Positions 1 through 11,774 of a DNA stretch of 64,000 nucleotides are shown piece by piece. The stretch is from Candidatus Eiseniibacteriota bacterium (GTDB taxonomy: Bacteria > Eisenbacteria > RBG-16-71-46 > SZUA-252). A program made the translations under genes and the position numbers. The notes under the pieces were generated by a model. The model worked only from the letters and a program-made list of their open reading frames with translations. It was not told the origin of the DNA and made no database searches. The number at the start of each line of letters is the position of its first letter. The stretch's first letter is position 1. The stretch is taken from NCBI GenBank assembly GCA_963703225.1, contig OY969801.1, positions 736,001-800,000 on the forward strand. The letters are read 5' to 3'.

Positions 1-470
<470 letters not shown>

Positions 471-642
471 GGTGACATTCGGTGAAGGCGCCAATCGAGC
501 CATTCGACGCCGCGAGATCTTCACGATCGCGCGACGCGCGCCGACATCAAGTCTCCAGGTCGGCTCTAGCGGTCTCCACACACGCGTGCGCTGTTCTGCT
601 TATTTGGTGGAACGCGCTCTAACAAGTTATTGTAGGAATCAA

Positions 643-721
<79 letters not shown>

Positions 722-730
722 ATTTGCTCT

Positions 731-806
731 GGGGATATAGCTCAACTGGGAGAGCGCCGGCTTTGCAAGCCGGAGGTTGCCGGTTCGATCCCGGCTATCT
801 CCACCA
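731..806 (+). tRNA. tRNA-Ala(UGC)
   Basis: GGGGATATAGCTCAA...TTTGCAA anticodon loop...GGTTCGATCCC...TCTCCACCA; 76 nt. Confidence 0.98.
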
Positions 807-905
807 GAGTCAAGGTCCTGAGTGGTCCGCCGAGAGGCGACCGCTCCTCGAACGATAGATTTCGTAGGATGTGCGCGCCGCGATTCGTCGCGGCGCCGAT
901 CGACG

Positions 906-923
906 TGATCTTTGACAACTGAA
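906..923 (+). promoter_or_regulatory. boxA-like antitermination element / 5' arm of the 23S processing stem
   Basis: TGATCTTTGACAACTGAA resembles rrn boxA and is complementary to TTCAGTTGTCAGA just after the 23S (~4908-4920). Confidence 0.7.
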
Positions 924-2130
924 TATGGGTTGACGGGTAAGGCGAGCCATCGAGCATCTGAATGTTCGGTCAAGCTACTAAGAGCGCATGGTGGATGCCT
1001 TGGCGTCAGAAGGCGATGAAGGACGTGATAAGCTGCGATAAGCTTCGGAGAGGCGCAAATAGCCTGAGACCCGGAGATTTCCGAATGGGGAAACCCGGCA
1101 GGGGTCATGCCCTGTCACGCCCGGCTGAATACATAGTCTTCGGGTGAGCCAACGGGGGGAAGTGAAACATCTCAGTACCCCCAGGAAGAGAAAGCAACCG
1201 CGATTCCCTCAGTAGCGGCGAGCGAACGGGGAATAGCCTAAACCGAGCGGCGCGTTCAAGCCTGCCAGCGTTGCGCCGCCGGTGTCGCGGGGCGTGCTCA
1301 GATCCCGGGCAGCGGGGTCGGAGAGTTAAAAACCAATTCGCTAGTCGAACAGTCTGGGAAGTCTGACCACAGACGGTGAAAGTCCTGTAGACGAAAGTGA
1401 ATTGGCTCTCTCGAGTGCGTACCCAAGTACCGCGGGACACGTGAAATCTTGCGGGAATCCGGGAGGACCACCCTCCAAGGCTAAATACTCTCTGACGACC
1501 GATAGTGAACCAGTACCGTGAGGGAAAGGTGAAAAGGACTCCTGGCGGAGAGTGAAATAGAACCTGAAACCATGTGCTTACAAGCGGTCGGAGGCTTAAC
1601 CGGAGCTTCGGCTCCGGAGCGGCTGACGGCGTGCCTTTTGCATAATGATCCGGCGAGTTACTCGTACGTGGCGAGGTTAAGCGTCTCAGACGCGGAGCCG
1701 TAGCGAAAGCGAGTCCGAAATGGGCGTCTAGTCACGTGTGGTAGACCCGAAGCGGGAGTGATCTAGCCATGGCCAGGATGAAGCGAGTTTAACAGTTCGT
1801 GGAGGTCCGAACCGGTTACCGTTGAAAAGGTATCGGATGAGCTGTGGCTAGGGGTGAAAGGCCAATCAAACCCCGTGATAGCTGGTTCTCCCCGAAATGG
1901 ATTTAGGTCTAGCCTCGCGAAATTGTGTGGCGGGGGTAGAGCACTGATTGGGCTAGGGACCCTACCAGGTTACCAAACCCTTTCAAACTCTGAATACCGT
2001 TCACATGTACCGCGGGAGTAAGGGCGCGAGGGATAAGCTTCGCGACCGAGAGGGGAACAACCCAGACCGTCAGCTAAGGTCCCCAAGTGTGGGCTAAGTG
2101 TATAAGGATGTGGGATCTCGGAGACAACCA

Positions 2131-2162
<32 letters not shown>

Positions 2163-2983
2163 GAGTGCGTAATTGCTCACTGGTCAAGTAATCCTGCGCC
2201 GATAATGTCCGGGACTCAAGTCCACCACCGAAGCTGCGGGTGTGCGATGCCTTCGGGCGTCGTACGCGGTAGGGGAGCGTTCTGTTGTAGGATGAAGCGG
2301 AACTGTAAGGTTCCGTCGACGAACCAGAAGTGATTATGCCGGAACGAGTAGCGAGAAACCAGGCGAGAAACCTGTTCACCGAAAACCTAAGGTTTCCTGA
2401 GGAAGGTTAATCCGCTCAGGGTTAGTCGGGCCCTTAGCCGAGGCCGAAAGGCGTAGGCGATGGAAAACAGGCAAACATTCCTGTACCGGTCCGCAGACGA
2501 TCAAGACGCTAAGGGGTTACGCAGAAGTGAAAGACCAGCCCACGATCGGAAGTGTGGGTCTAAGCCCGTAGGAGGATCCCGCAGGCAAATCCGCGGGGTC
2601 ACGACTCCGAGAGGTGATGGGGAGTGCGAAAGCACACAAACTGGTCCTAATCAGGCTGCCGAGAAACACCTCTACGCGAGTCTGCGGGTCGTCCGTACCG
2701 CAAACCGACACAGGTAGGTGGGGTGAGTATCCTAAGGTGCTCGAGTGAGTCTTGCAGAAGGAACTCGGCAAAATAGCCCCGTAACTTCGGAAGAAGGGGT
2801 ACCCCTAGTAGGTGAAGGACTACGCGTCTGGAGCTGAACGGGGCCGCAGTGAAAGGGGTCAAGCGACTGTTTACCAAAAACACATGTCTCTGCTAAGCCG
2901 AAGAGGCGACGTATAGGGACTGACACCTGCCCGGTGCCGGAAGGTTAAAGGGCGTGGTCAGCCGCAAGGCGAAGCCGCAAACT

Positions 2984-3288
<305 letters not shown>

Positions 3289-3291
<3 letters not shown>

Positions 3292-3897
3292 AACGGTCCT
3301 AAGGTTAGTCATACGCTAGCTTTAGTAAAACCGGACCATATGCGGGAATATCCTCTCACAGCCGATCTGTACTCGTCCGCGGTAGCGGACAGTAAAAATC
3401 AGACGGACACGGGGACAATCCGCAGGGAAGGCCCTCTTTGCAGAGGGAACCCTCAGAGACTTTACGTCCGGGATCTTCCAGCGAAGCTAGACGCTGGATG
3501 GGTAACAGGCTTCGTGGACGGTGAAGGCTGCTTCCATGTCGGCATCAATCGTCACTCCGACATGCGTTGCGGATATCAGGTCCTACCTGAATTCACCGTC
3601 GTGCAACACGAACGCGATGTGGAGCTCCTTCGAAGAATCCGTGATTTCTTCAGCTGTGGCGTCGTGCGAACGAACCACGGCAACCGCTGGGCCTACCGGG
3701 TCCGCGGTTTGAAGGATCTTGCGCGTCACATCGTCCCATTCTTCGTCATGCACCCGTTGAAGTCGGAGAAGCACGTGGATTTCGAGAAGTTCAGTCTCGT
3801 GCTTCGAATGATGGAAGCGGGCGATCATCTCACCGTAGAAGGCGTCGAACGAATTCGCGCCCTCGCGGCGACGATGAATCGAGGAAGATCAAGATAA
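3289..3897 (+). CDS. Single-motif LAGLIDADG homing endonuclease (start uncertain: 3289, 3340 or 3145)
   Basis: [14 protein letters not shown] motif, then [23 protein letters not shown] and IVPFF..HPLKSEK..DFEKF; the stop TAA lies inside the S element. Confidence 0.93.
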
Positions 3898-3932
3898 AGT
3901 CCAGCCCCCTGGGAAACCTTGGGGACCAACTG
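3306..3932 (+). mobile_element. Group I intron at 23S position L1931 (627 nt) with a homing endonuclease in P8
   Basis: Inserted after CCTAAGGT; ends in G. IGS GCTTTAG pairs with CTAAGGT; CGCT pairs with 3' exon AGCG (P10). P3 CCGGAC/GTCCGG; R CCTCAGAGACTTTACG; P8 GATCTTCC/GGAAGATC; S AAGATAAAGTCC. Confidence 0.95.
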
Positions 3933-3985
<53 letters not shown>

Positions 3986-4233
3986 GACCGCTGTCTCCTG
4001 CAAGAGCTCGGCGAAACTGTAGCAGCGGTGAAGATGCCGCTTACCCGCGACTGGACAGAAAGACCCCGTGCACCTTTACTGTACCCTGGTATTGGGTTTT
4101 GACACCGCATGTGTAGGATAGGTGGGAGGCTATGAAGCGGGAGCGCTAGCTCTCGTGGAGCCAACCTTGAAATACCACCCTTGTGATGTCGGAATTCTAA
4201 CCTCGCGCCGTGAATCCGGCCGAGGAACATTGC

Positions 4234-4266
<33 letters not shown>

Positions 4267-4426
4267 CAAAGAGTAACGGAGGCGTGCAAAGGTTCCCTCA
4301 GTGCGGTTGGTAATCGCGCGTGGAGTGCATTGGCATAAGGGAGCTTGACTGCGAGACCAACAAGTCGAGCAGGTGCGAAAGCAGGCCAAAGTGATCCGGT
4401 GGTTCTGAGTGGAAGGGCCATCGCTT

Positions 4427-4464
<38 letters not shown>

Positions 4465-4489
4465 CGCCCGAGAGTTCACATCGACGGCG

Positions 4490-4576
<87 letters not shown>

Positions 4577-4577
4577 T

Positions 4578-4624
<47 letters not shown>

Positions 4625-4999
4625 GGGCGCAGGATATTTGAGGGGAGCTGGCCCTAGTACGAGAGGACCGGGTCGGACGGACCTCTAGTGTACCGGTTAT
4701 CGTGCCAACGGTATCGCCGGGTAGCTATGTCCGGATGAGATAAGCGCTGAAAGCATCTAAGCGCGAAACTCGCCCCAAGATGAGATATCCCCCAGCACAA
4801 GCTGGCTAAAGGACCCTCGGAGATGACGAGGTTGATAGGCCGGAGGTGTAAGCACAGCAATGTGTTCAGCCGACCGGTACTAATCGTCCGTGCGGCTTGA
4901 TCGGACTTTCAGTTGTCAGATGGTTCGCTAACCGTCAACTCGTATCGGTTGTTCTTGATTCGGGCGTTGCGCCGGAGACGGCGCGCGTCGGCAGGAACT

Positions 5000-5117
<118 letters not shown>

Positions 5118-5123
5118 GTAATT

Positions 5124-5164
5124 GAGACGGCCCCTCGCGAAAGCGGGGGGCCGTTCTTGTTTTC
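5124..5164 (+). terminator. Rho-independent terminator of the rrn operon
   Basis: ACGGCCCCTCGC-GAAA-GCGGGGGGCCGT hairpin followed by TCTTGTTTT. Confidence 0.85.
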
Positions 5165-5201
5165 GGCGGACCCGCTCTTCGGCGGATCGCACTTCCGGGC
5201 G

Positions 5202-5618
5202 TTAAGGCGGCGGCACCGGAGGTGGGGGCAGAGGAATCGATGCTTGGGCAAACACGTATCGCCAGCCGGCCGGTGTACGTAGATAGATGTCGCTGAACCA
5301 AAGCTTGTAGTCGAACGCCTTGCCCGCTTCCGTGCCCTTCGCCCACAAGAGAGCCGTTATCACCGCCGTATCGCCCCAAACGCGAACGGTCTGCTGGCTA
5401 TCCTCCTGACGCTCGTAGACAAATCGCTTGCCGCGCGCCTCATTCAGCAAATCAGGCTTCGTGAGGATCTTGCCGCGACCCGTCACCAGCACGAAGTCGT
5501 CGGCCAAGATGCGATCCATCGTGGCGACATCGTTCGCTTTGACTGCCGCCTGGTACTCGGTGTCGAGTGCGGCGACCAGTCGAGCATCGTTGGTGGAGAC
5601 CGCTGCCTCGGTCTTCAT
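5202..5618 (-). CDS. NTF2-like / DUF4440 family protein
   Basis: D...MDRILADDFVLVTGRG, VRVWGDTAVIT and DIYLR...GWR..FAQAS patterns. Confidence 0.85.
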   Translation of the reverse strand: MKTEAAVSTNDARLVAALDTEYQAAVKANDVATMDRILADDFVLVTGRGKILTKPDLLNEARGKRFVYERQEDSQQTVRVWGDTAVITALLWAKGTEAGKAFDYKLWFSDIYLRTPAGWRYVFAQASIPLPPPPVPPP

Positions 5619-5684
5619 TCAATCCCTCCACGCAGGGCCGGCTCTACAAATTCGGACCGTCGGCGGTCGGGGCAGCCGTCGACG

Positions 5685-6467
5685 CTAGTCTTTGCAACCA
5701 CCGAGACACAAGAACTGCGGGGTAAACAGCATGGCGCCGAGCTCAATCCCGGCGCCGTTGTCGCCGTGCAACTCATCACCATAGGTGAGCGCGAGGACGA
5801 CATGCTGATTCGGCTCCCATCGCAAGCCCATCTTGTATTCGGGGATGGTCTCCGCCTCACCGGCGGCACCGAATACCTCCCCGACGATCGAAGCCGTTGG
5901 CCCCAAGGCGTACCAGGCCAGGCGGGTTGAGTAGGTGAAGGCTGACGCCGCTCGCTCGTCTCCCCCGTAGTCCCGGGTCACGCTGGCCCCCGGCATGATG
6001 TCCCAGGACAACTTGTTGTCGAACAGGGGAAACGTCGTGGGCGCGTTCATCCAGTAGGTCTGAAACGCATCCTGGAGCCCGACGGTAGCCAGATAACCTG
6101 GGTCGATTCCCGTACCGGCCTTGACCGCGAAGCCACCGGTCTTCGCCTTGTTCTCGTAGAACATGTACTTTGCGTAGAACGTCGTCGAGTACCCATCGTT
6201 GGTCTTCTTGTCGGCATCGCCGTTGTAGATATAGGCGGCAGCCGTAAACTCCCATCTGGGGAAGAGCGAGAAGGTATTCATGAAGATGGAGTTTCGTTCC
6301 CCGACGGTCAAGATGATGGTCGCCATACCGTGGGGCTTGGAGAGGTAGCTGTCGGAATTGAACTGCTGGGCCTGGGCTTGCTTGCCACACAACACGGTGA
6401 GCCAGACCAGTGGGAGAAGCAGGAGAGTGAATCCTCTTACAGCACGACCCCATTTCGCCCCGTGCAT
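5685..6467 (-). CDS. Secreted, probably outer-membrane beta-rich hypothetical protein
   Basis: Signal peptide ending AQA|QQFNSD; alternating aromatic beta-strand pattern. Confidence 0.7.
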   Translation of the reverse strand: MHGAKWGRAVRGFTLLLLPLVWLTVLCGKQAQAQQFNSDSYLSKPHGMATIILTVGERNSIFMNTFSLFPRWEFTAAAYIYNGDADKKTNDGYSTTFYAKYMFYENKAKTGGFAVKAGTGIDPGYLATVGLQDAFQTYWMNAPTTFPLFDNKLSWDIMPGASVTRDYGGDERAASAFTYSTRLAWYALGPTASIVGEVFGAAGEAETIPEYKMGLRWEPNQHVVLALTYGDELHGDNGAGIELGAMLFTPQFLCLGGCKD

Positions 6468-6548
6468 AACGTAGCTTGAACCTCGCGCAGTTACCGCCGC
6501 AAGTCAAAACTGCCCGTGTCGGGCCTGTAGCAAGCTGCGCGTAATCGA

Positions 6549-6581
6549 GAAGGCCCCCTCGGGAAACCGAGGGGGCCCTCT
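6549..6581 (-). terminator. GC-rich hairpin, likely terminator after the small ORF at 6610-6804
   Basis: GGCCCCCTCGG-GAAA-CCGAGGGGGCC perfect stem. Confidence 0.65.
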
Positions 6582-6609
6582 GTTTGGCTCGGCGCTTGGC
6601 CGCGGAGAT

Positions 6610-6804
6610 CTATCCGATGATTTGGTTCAGGGCGTGAAACGCCTCCTCCCAGGACTCAGCCTCGGCGATCGGAAGCTCCAAAGACGCGAACCCGACGCAG
6701 TAGAGACTGATGGTTCGGGAGACGCGTCCGACCGCGACCGCCTCGGTCACCCAGACCGAGAGCCCCAGCCCGCGCGCGCGTGCCTCCGCCTCTTTTCTCG
6801 TCAT
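6610..6804 (-). CDS. Small hypothetical protein (64 aa)
   Basis: Strong SD GGAGGTG upstream of the ATG; hairpin downstream. Confidence 0.6.
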   Translation of the reverse strand: MTRKEAEARARGLGLSVWVTEAVAVGRVSRTISLYCVGFASLELPIAEAESWEEAFHALNQIIG

Positions 6805-7055
6805 GGCTTCTGCTCACCTCCTGTAGGGAGGTAAGGAGCAGACGCCGTGCCATCCCTCGGGGGATGCCCCTAAGGCATTGGTGCATGGCCTGGATCGCCG
6901 GTGACCAAGTCGGCAGGATCTCCGGGGACAGGTCCACTTTGGCACACAAATTTGTCACACTGTGGCGTTCAGGCACCACAAATTGGGAGGGCCTGCTCAC
7001 GCATAGGGGTGGGCCCGCCACGCCTTGGGCGGGTCGCTCAGTGCGCGCGGGGCCC

Positions 7056-9190
7056 TTACTCAATCATCGGCCCGGCGGGCTCCTGGATGCCGTTGAGCGT
7101 GCGACACGCCTTGAAGAGGTCGCCGGTCTTGTAGAAGTCGACCGCGATCAAGTTGGGTACCATGCCACGCTCGCGGATGCAGGCGCGCCCTCGTTTCACA
7201 AGGAAGTCGTAGGCGTTCACCGGCTCCGCCTTGGTTGGGACCGGGGGAACGGATTCGATGAAGTTGTTCATCAGGAGCAGCGACCCCGTCCTTCCCACCG
7301 CGATTGGGTTCGTTCGAGAACTCCTCGGGCGTCTTGAACTTGTACGGCGTCTCCTGGAGGATCCCGATCATGTGGTGGTACCAGGGCACGCCCTCGGCGT
7401 TGTTCTCCGCCATCACCACGATCCGCTCGTTCCGAGCCACCATCTCGCCGAGCGTGGGCCACGGGGCGACGACCGGCCCACGATAAACGAAGTCCAACAG
7501 GCCGCTCTTCTCGAAGCACAAGGCTACGTCTGCGGGCGTGACCCCCTCGTCCTGAATCACGATGATGAGCACTTCGTTCGGATTCAGGACGAGAAACTCC
7601 TTGATCGCTTCGAGCGCCGTCACAAACTTCGTCGAACCCAGCTCACAAAAGCCGTGGGCCATGTAGACGTCCTTAGGTCCTTCCGGGTTCCCCACAAGGC
7701 GATCCCGGATTCGCATGGCCGCGTCGACGCCGTCCTTCCCGACGACCTCCTCGTACTTCACTCGGGCGTTCGCCTCGTCGTCGATCAAGGTCTTGATTCG
7801 CCCCTTCACCGGCTCGCCGTAATGAACGTCGATCAGCAATCCCCGGACTCCGTCCTCCAGCTGCTGGCGTATGCCCTTCTCCTGGTTCGGCATGTACCAA
7901 TCGGAAATATCCGCGGACGCCATCGAATTGTGTGTTGTCGGGAACACGACCTTGTTGAGCCGGCGATCGCGCAGCTCGGGGTAGCCGTTGCACGCAAGAA
8001 TCGCTGTGGGGCCCACGGCGGCCGCCTTGGGCTCGGGGCCCCGCACGAGCCAGAGCACTGCTCCCACGCTGAGGATCAGGACGAGCCCGATGCCGACGAA
8101 GGCCGGAACGGCCGATGACCGCCGCTTCTTCTCGACCACCTTACCGAGATGACTGCGTCTCGCGGCCCGTGCCGCGGTGACAAAGACGTCCTGAATCCCG
8201 ATGAAAAAGGCGAGTGCCGCGATGGCCACCGCGCCTGCCGCCACGACCTTGACGGGGTAGAGCATGACGATCACGGCGATCGTGGCCACGGCGAGCCCGC
8301 GCACGATAATCCAGGCGGGGTTGGCCGGCCGCTTCGTCGCAATGCCCCAGAGTCTCCTCGCGAGCGAGGCGGTCTCGATCTTCTCGAGAAGGGTCGTCAC
8401 GGCGGCGACGAGGATCACCCCCAATGCCGCCAGCACCAGCATGCGGAGCGCGAGCGGTGCGAGGAAGACCAGCCAGGACCCCGTGATGATGTCGGAGAGG
8501 ACCGGAGAGCGGGTCAAGCCGGCGACGACGTACCCGCCGAAGCGCGCGATCGCGGCGAGGAGGAGCGCGACGATTGTGAGGCCGAGTCCGACGCGCAAGA
8601 GATAGAGATCCTTGCGCCGCGTGAGAACCAGGCCCAAGGCGCCCAGGAGGATTCCTAGCGTGGGCCAGACGATCGCCCGTCGCTGCATGTTGTGTCCAAA
8701 ATGCAGCACCCGGAGCAAGTTCCTTCCTAGGGGCTGCGTCTCGGTGGCGCCGAGCACCAGCTGGGCCTGCGCGGGGACCTTCTCGGCAATTTGAGGATAG
8801 AGGGCGAGGGCGTTCTGGACGATGAGCCCGAGGTCCTGGACCGCGAGAGTGAGCGATTCCCCGTGGGTGATCAGGGCCGGATGGACCTTCTTGGCGGCGA
8901 GCTTGATCATCGCGCGAAATGGAGGCGACGTGACGACGCGCTCCACGACACTCAGGATGACCGGGACGGTAGGGTGTGAGATCGCGGCGCATGGCCACGA
9001 TCTGGTCGGTGACCTGATTGGCGACGACCCGCGAGATGTGTGGTTCCGCGAGGCTCTCGGAGACCCGCGTCGCGAACATTTCTTCGTCGAAGAGGGTACG
9101 GGAGGTGTAGATCGAGATCGTTCCGCCCACGATCCCGACGACGAAGAGGATTCCACATGTGACTGCGGTCACACTTCGAAGGCGATTCAC
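7056..9190 (-). CDS. Multi-pass membrane protein with C-terminal PI-PLC-like (PLC-X) phosphodiesterase domain; frameshifts near 8965 and 7290
   Basis: Joined from ORFs 8141-9190, 7060-9156 and 7056-7298. Motifs CNG..EL.DR, THNS, QLEDGVRGLLIDVH, HGFCELG, PNEVLIIVIQD and PNLIAVDFY. Confidence 0.8.
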
Positions 9191-9359
9191 TACGGTGGCG
9201 CCCTCCCCCTGCAGGGGTGCTAGACTTCCGCGGACACGGCGAAGGCTACATCAATAAGGCACCTATTTGCAGATGATTATGGCATATTCCTCCAATCTGG
9301 GAGTTGCGCTTCGGCGGAGCGCTCCGCAAAGATCCGAGGCAGGGATGGGGGGCAAAGGA

Positions 9360-10499
9360 ATGACCCGAACGCCGTTGTGCCCAGCGTGTTCTCAGGAGCG
9401 GAGCGCGCGGGGATGGTTCCTTCTCATCGCCGTGTGCATCGTCACGGGCCTCATGGCGACGCACCCGGGCGCGCTGGCCCAGCCCTCGGACGCTCCCGGA
9501 GCGCCGGCCGCGAAGTACGAATTCAATGACTCTCACTTCCACCTGACGAACTACATTCAAGAAGGCATCACGCCGCGGCAATTCCTCAAGATCATGGGCA
9601 CGCGGGTCGGGCGCTCGACCCTATTCGGCATCCCGCTCCAGCAACAATGGTCCTACCGCATCTCCGACAGCCTGGCGCCGACCTACTATCTCGATACGGA
9701 CGCGAGGCTCTACTACTACTCCTTCACCGATGCGGCGATCGCGATGGCCTACAAGTCGCTGACGAAGGCCGAGCAGGCCCGGTTCGATCCGATGATCACT
9801 GGCTTCAATCCCACCGACATGTACGCCGCGGACCACATCCGCCGGGTGCTCCAGACCTTTCCAGGTGTCTTCTCGGGCATCGGGGAGTTCACCATACACA
9901 AGGAGTTCGTTTCACCCAAGATCGCGGGGGACGTCGCAAGCCTCACCGATCCGGCGCTGGACCGTCTCCTCGACTTCGCGGCCGAGGTCGGGCTGGTGGT
10001 TCTGATCCACAACGACGTGGACCGGCCGTTTCCGCGCGGAGGGGATCCTCCCGTGTTTCTTCAGCAGTTCAAGGAGCTCCTCAAGCGGCACCCCAAGAAC
10101 ACGATCATCTGGGCCCATGTGGGGCTGGGGCGGATCGTCCATCCCGTGCTGTCCCACATCGCGATGCTGGAGTCGATCCTCGAAGACCCCGTCTGCAGCC
10201 ACGTGATGTTCGACATCTCGTGGGACGAGGTGGCCAAGTACGTCGTCTCAACCCCTGAGGCCACCCAGCGTACCGCGGACATGATCAATAAGTATCCAGA
10301 CCGCTTCCTCTTCGGGACCGATACCGTCGCGCCCAAGGACGCGCAAGCATATTACGGCGTCTACGAGATGTATCAGCCGCTTTGGAAGCTGCTGACTCCC
10401 GACGCGAGAGCAAAGGTACTGAGGAAGAACTACGAGCGGATCTTTGACGAGGGAAGGAGAAACGCGCGCGCCTGGGAGAAGGCGCATCCGAGTCAATGA
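9360..10499 (+). CDS. Amidohydrolase-family metallo-hydrolase with signal peptide
   Basis: DSHFH metal motif, GIGEF, IHND, IIWAH, RFLFGTD; hydrophobic N-terminus ending ALA|Q. Confidence 0.85.
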   Translation: MTRTPLCPACSQERSARGWFLLIAVCIVTGLMATHPGALAQPSDAPGAPAAKYEFNDSHFHLTNYIQEGITPRQFLKIMGTRVGRSTLFGIPLQQQWSYRISDSLAPTYYLDTDARLYYYSFTDAAIAMAYKSLTKAEQARFDPMITGFNPTDMYAADHIRRVLQTFPGVFSGIGEFTIHKEFVSPKIAGDVASLTDPALDRLLDFAAEVGLVVLIHNDVDRPFPRGGDPPVFLQQFKELLKRHPKNTIIWAHVGLGRIVHPVLSHIAMLESILEDPVCSHVMFDISWDEVAKYVVSTPEATQRTADMINKYPDRFLFGTDTVAPKDAQAYYGVYEMYQPLWKLLTPDARAKVLRKNYERIFDEGRRNARAWEKAHPSQ

Positions 10500-10571
10500 G
10501 CATGGAAGGCGCTGGAGGAACGGAGGGAGGAACGAAGTATGAAGACTTCGCTTGAAGCCAAGGAGGGTGGA

Positions 10572-11774
10572 ATGAGGTCCTATTTGGGGAAGGTGGCGGT
10601 TCTTGCAATGGCAATGGTGCTGGTCGCCTCGGGGGCCGCGCGCGCCGAATCCAAGGCGCGCACCGACATCTACGGCTACGTCATGATGGACGCTGGATAC
10701 AACTCCATCGGCGTCGATCCGGCCTGGTTCGACGTCCAGCGGCCAACCAAGCTGCCCGCGTCCGAGGACCAGTTCGGGGACAAAGGGAATACGTTCTTCA
10801 GCGCCCGCCAGACGCGATTCGGCGTGAAGTCGTACATCCCGACGGCGAAGGGCGAGCTCAGGACGACGTTTGAATGGGAGATGTTCGGTGTGGGCGTCGA
10901 TGCCGGCCAGACAACCATCCGCCTGCGCCATGCGTATGGCGAGCTGGGCAAGGTTGGGGCCGGCCAGTATTGGAGCCCGTTCATGGATATCGACGTCTTT
11001 CCGAACACGATCGAGTACTGGGGCCCGAACGGCATGGTGTTCTTCCGCAACGTCCAGGTCCGGTACATGCCGATCCAAGGGGACTCGCGTCTGACGTTCG
11101 CGCTCGAGCGGCCGGGCGCCAGCGGCGACGCCGGGGCGTACGCCGGCCGCGTGGAATTGGCCGGCATTACGCCGCGATTCCCGCTGCCGGATCTCTCCGC
11201 GGAGTACCGCATGGCACGGCGCTGGGGCTACGTGGAGCTGTCCGGGATCGTGAGGCGAATCGAGTGGGAGGATCTCTCGGGCGGCCCAGTCGACCTCTCC
11301 GACAAGGTTACCGGGTGGGGTCTCCACGTCAGCTCGAATCTCAAGCCGACCAAGAACGACGTCGTGAGGCTCTCCGTCGTTCATGGAGAGGGCATCGAGA
11401 ACTACATGAACGACGCCCCTGCGGACGTGGGCGTCGAAGTGAGCGGGGGCGGCGCCACGGTCGAGGGCGTGGCCCTTCCGGTGACGGGGGTCGTGGCGTT
11501 CCTCGATCACACGTGGAACGAGAAGTACACCAGCTCGATCGGCTACTCGCAGGTGAACATCGAGAACACCAACGGCCAGGCGCCGGACGCATTCAAGCTG
11601 GGGCAGTACTTCCTCGCCAACCTTCTCTACTCGCCCGTCCCCGATGTCATGATGGGGGTGGAGGGCGGCTGGATTCATCGGGATAACTTCTCGGATGGAT
11701 GGAGTGAGGACGACGCGCACATACAGGTCTCCTTCAAATACAGCTTCTCGACGAGCATCGGAGGTGGGCATTGA
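10572..11774 (+). CDS. DcaP-family outer-membrane porin
   Basis: Signal peptide; DIYGYVMMD, SARQTRFGVK, RLRHAYGELG..GAGQYWSPFMD, C-terminal FKYSF. Confidence 0.85.
   Translation: MRSYLGKVAVLAMAMVLVASGAARAESKARTDIYGYVMMDAGYNSIGVDPAWFDVQRPTKLPASEDQFGDKGNTFFSARQTRFGVKSYIPTAKGELRTTFEWEMFGVGVDAGQTTIRLRHAYGELGKVGAGQYWSPFMDIDVFPNTIEYWGPNGMVFFRNVQVRYMPIQGDSRLTFALERPGASGDAGAYAGRVELAGITPRFPLPDLSAEYRMARRWGYVELSGIVRRIEWEDLSGGPVDLSDKVTGWGLHVSSNLKPTKNDVVRLSVVHGEGIENYMNDAPADVGVEVSGGGATVEGVALPVTGVVAFLDHTWNEKYTSSIGYSQVNIENTNGQAPDAFKLGQYFLANLLYSPVPDVMMGVEGGWIHRDNFSDGWSEDDAHIQVSFKYSFSTSIGGGH

Noticed and set aside
6939..6956. TTGGCACACAAATTTGT sigma54-like site
   Set aside because: No GC at -12 and no co-oriented downstream gene
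9257..9271. AGGCACCTATTTGCA as a sigma54 promoter for the deamidase operon
   Set aside because: GG-GC spacing is 9 rather than 10; valid only if a T was lost in the homopolymer, which I cannot verify
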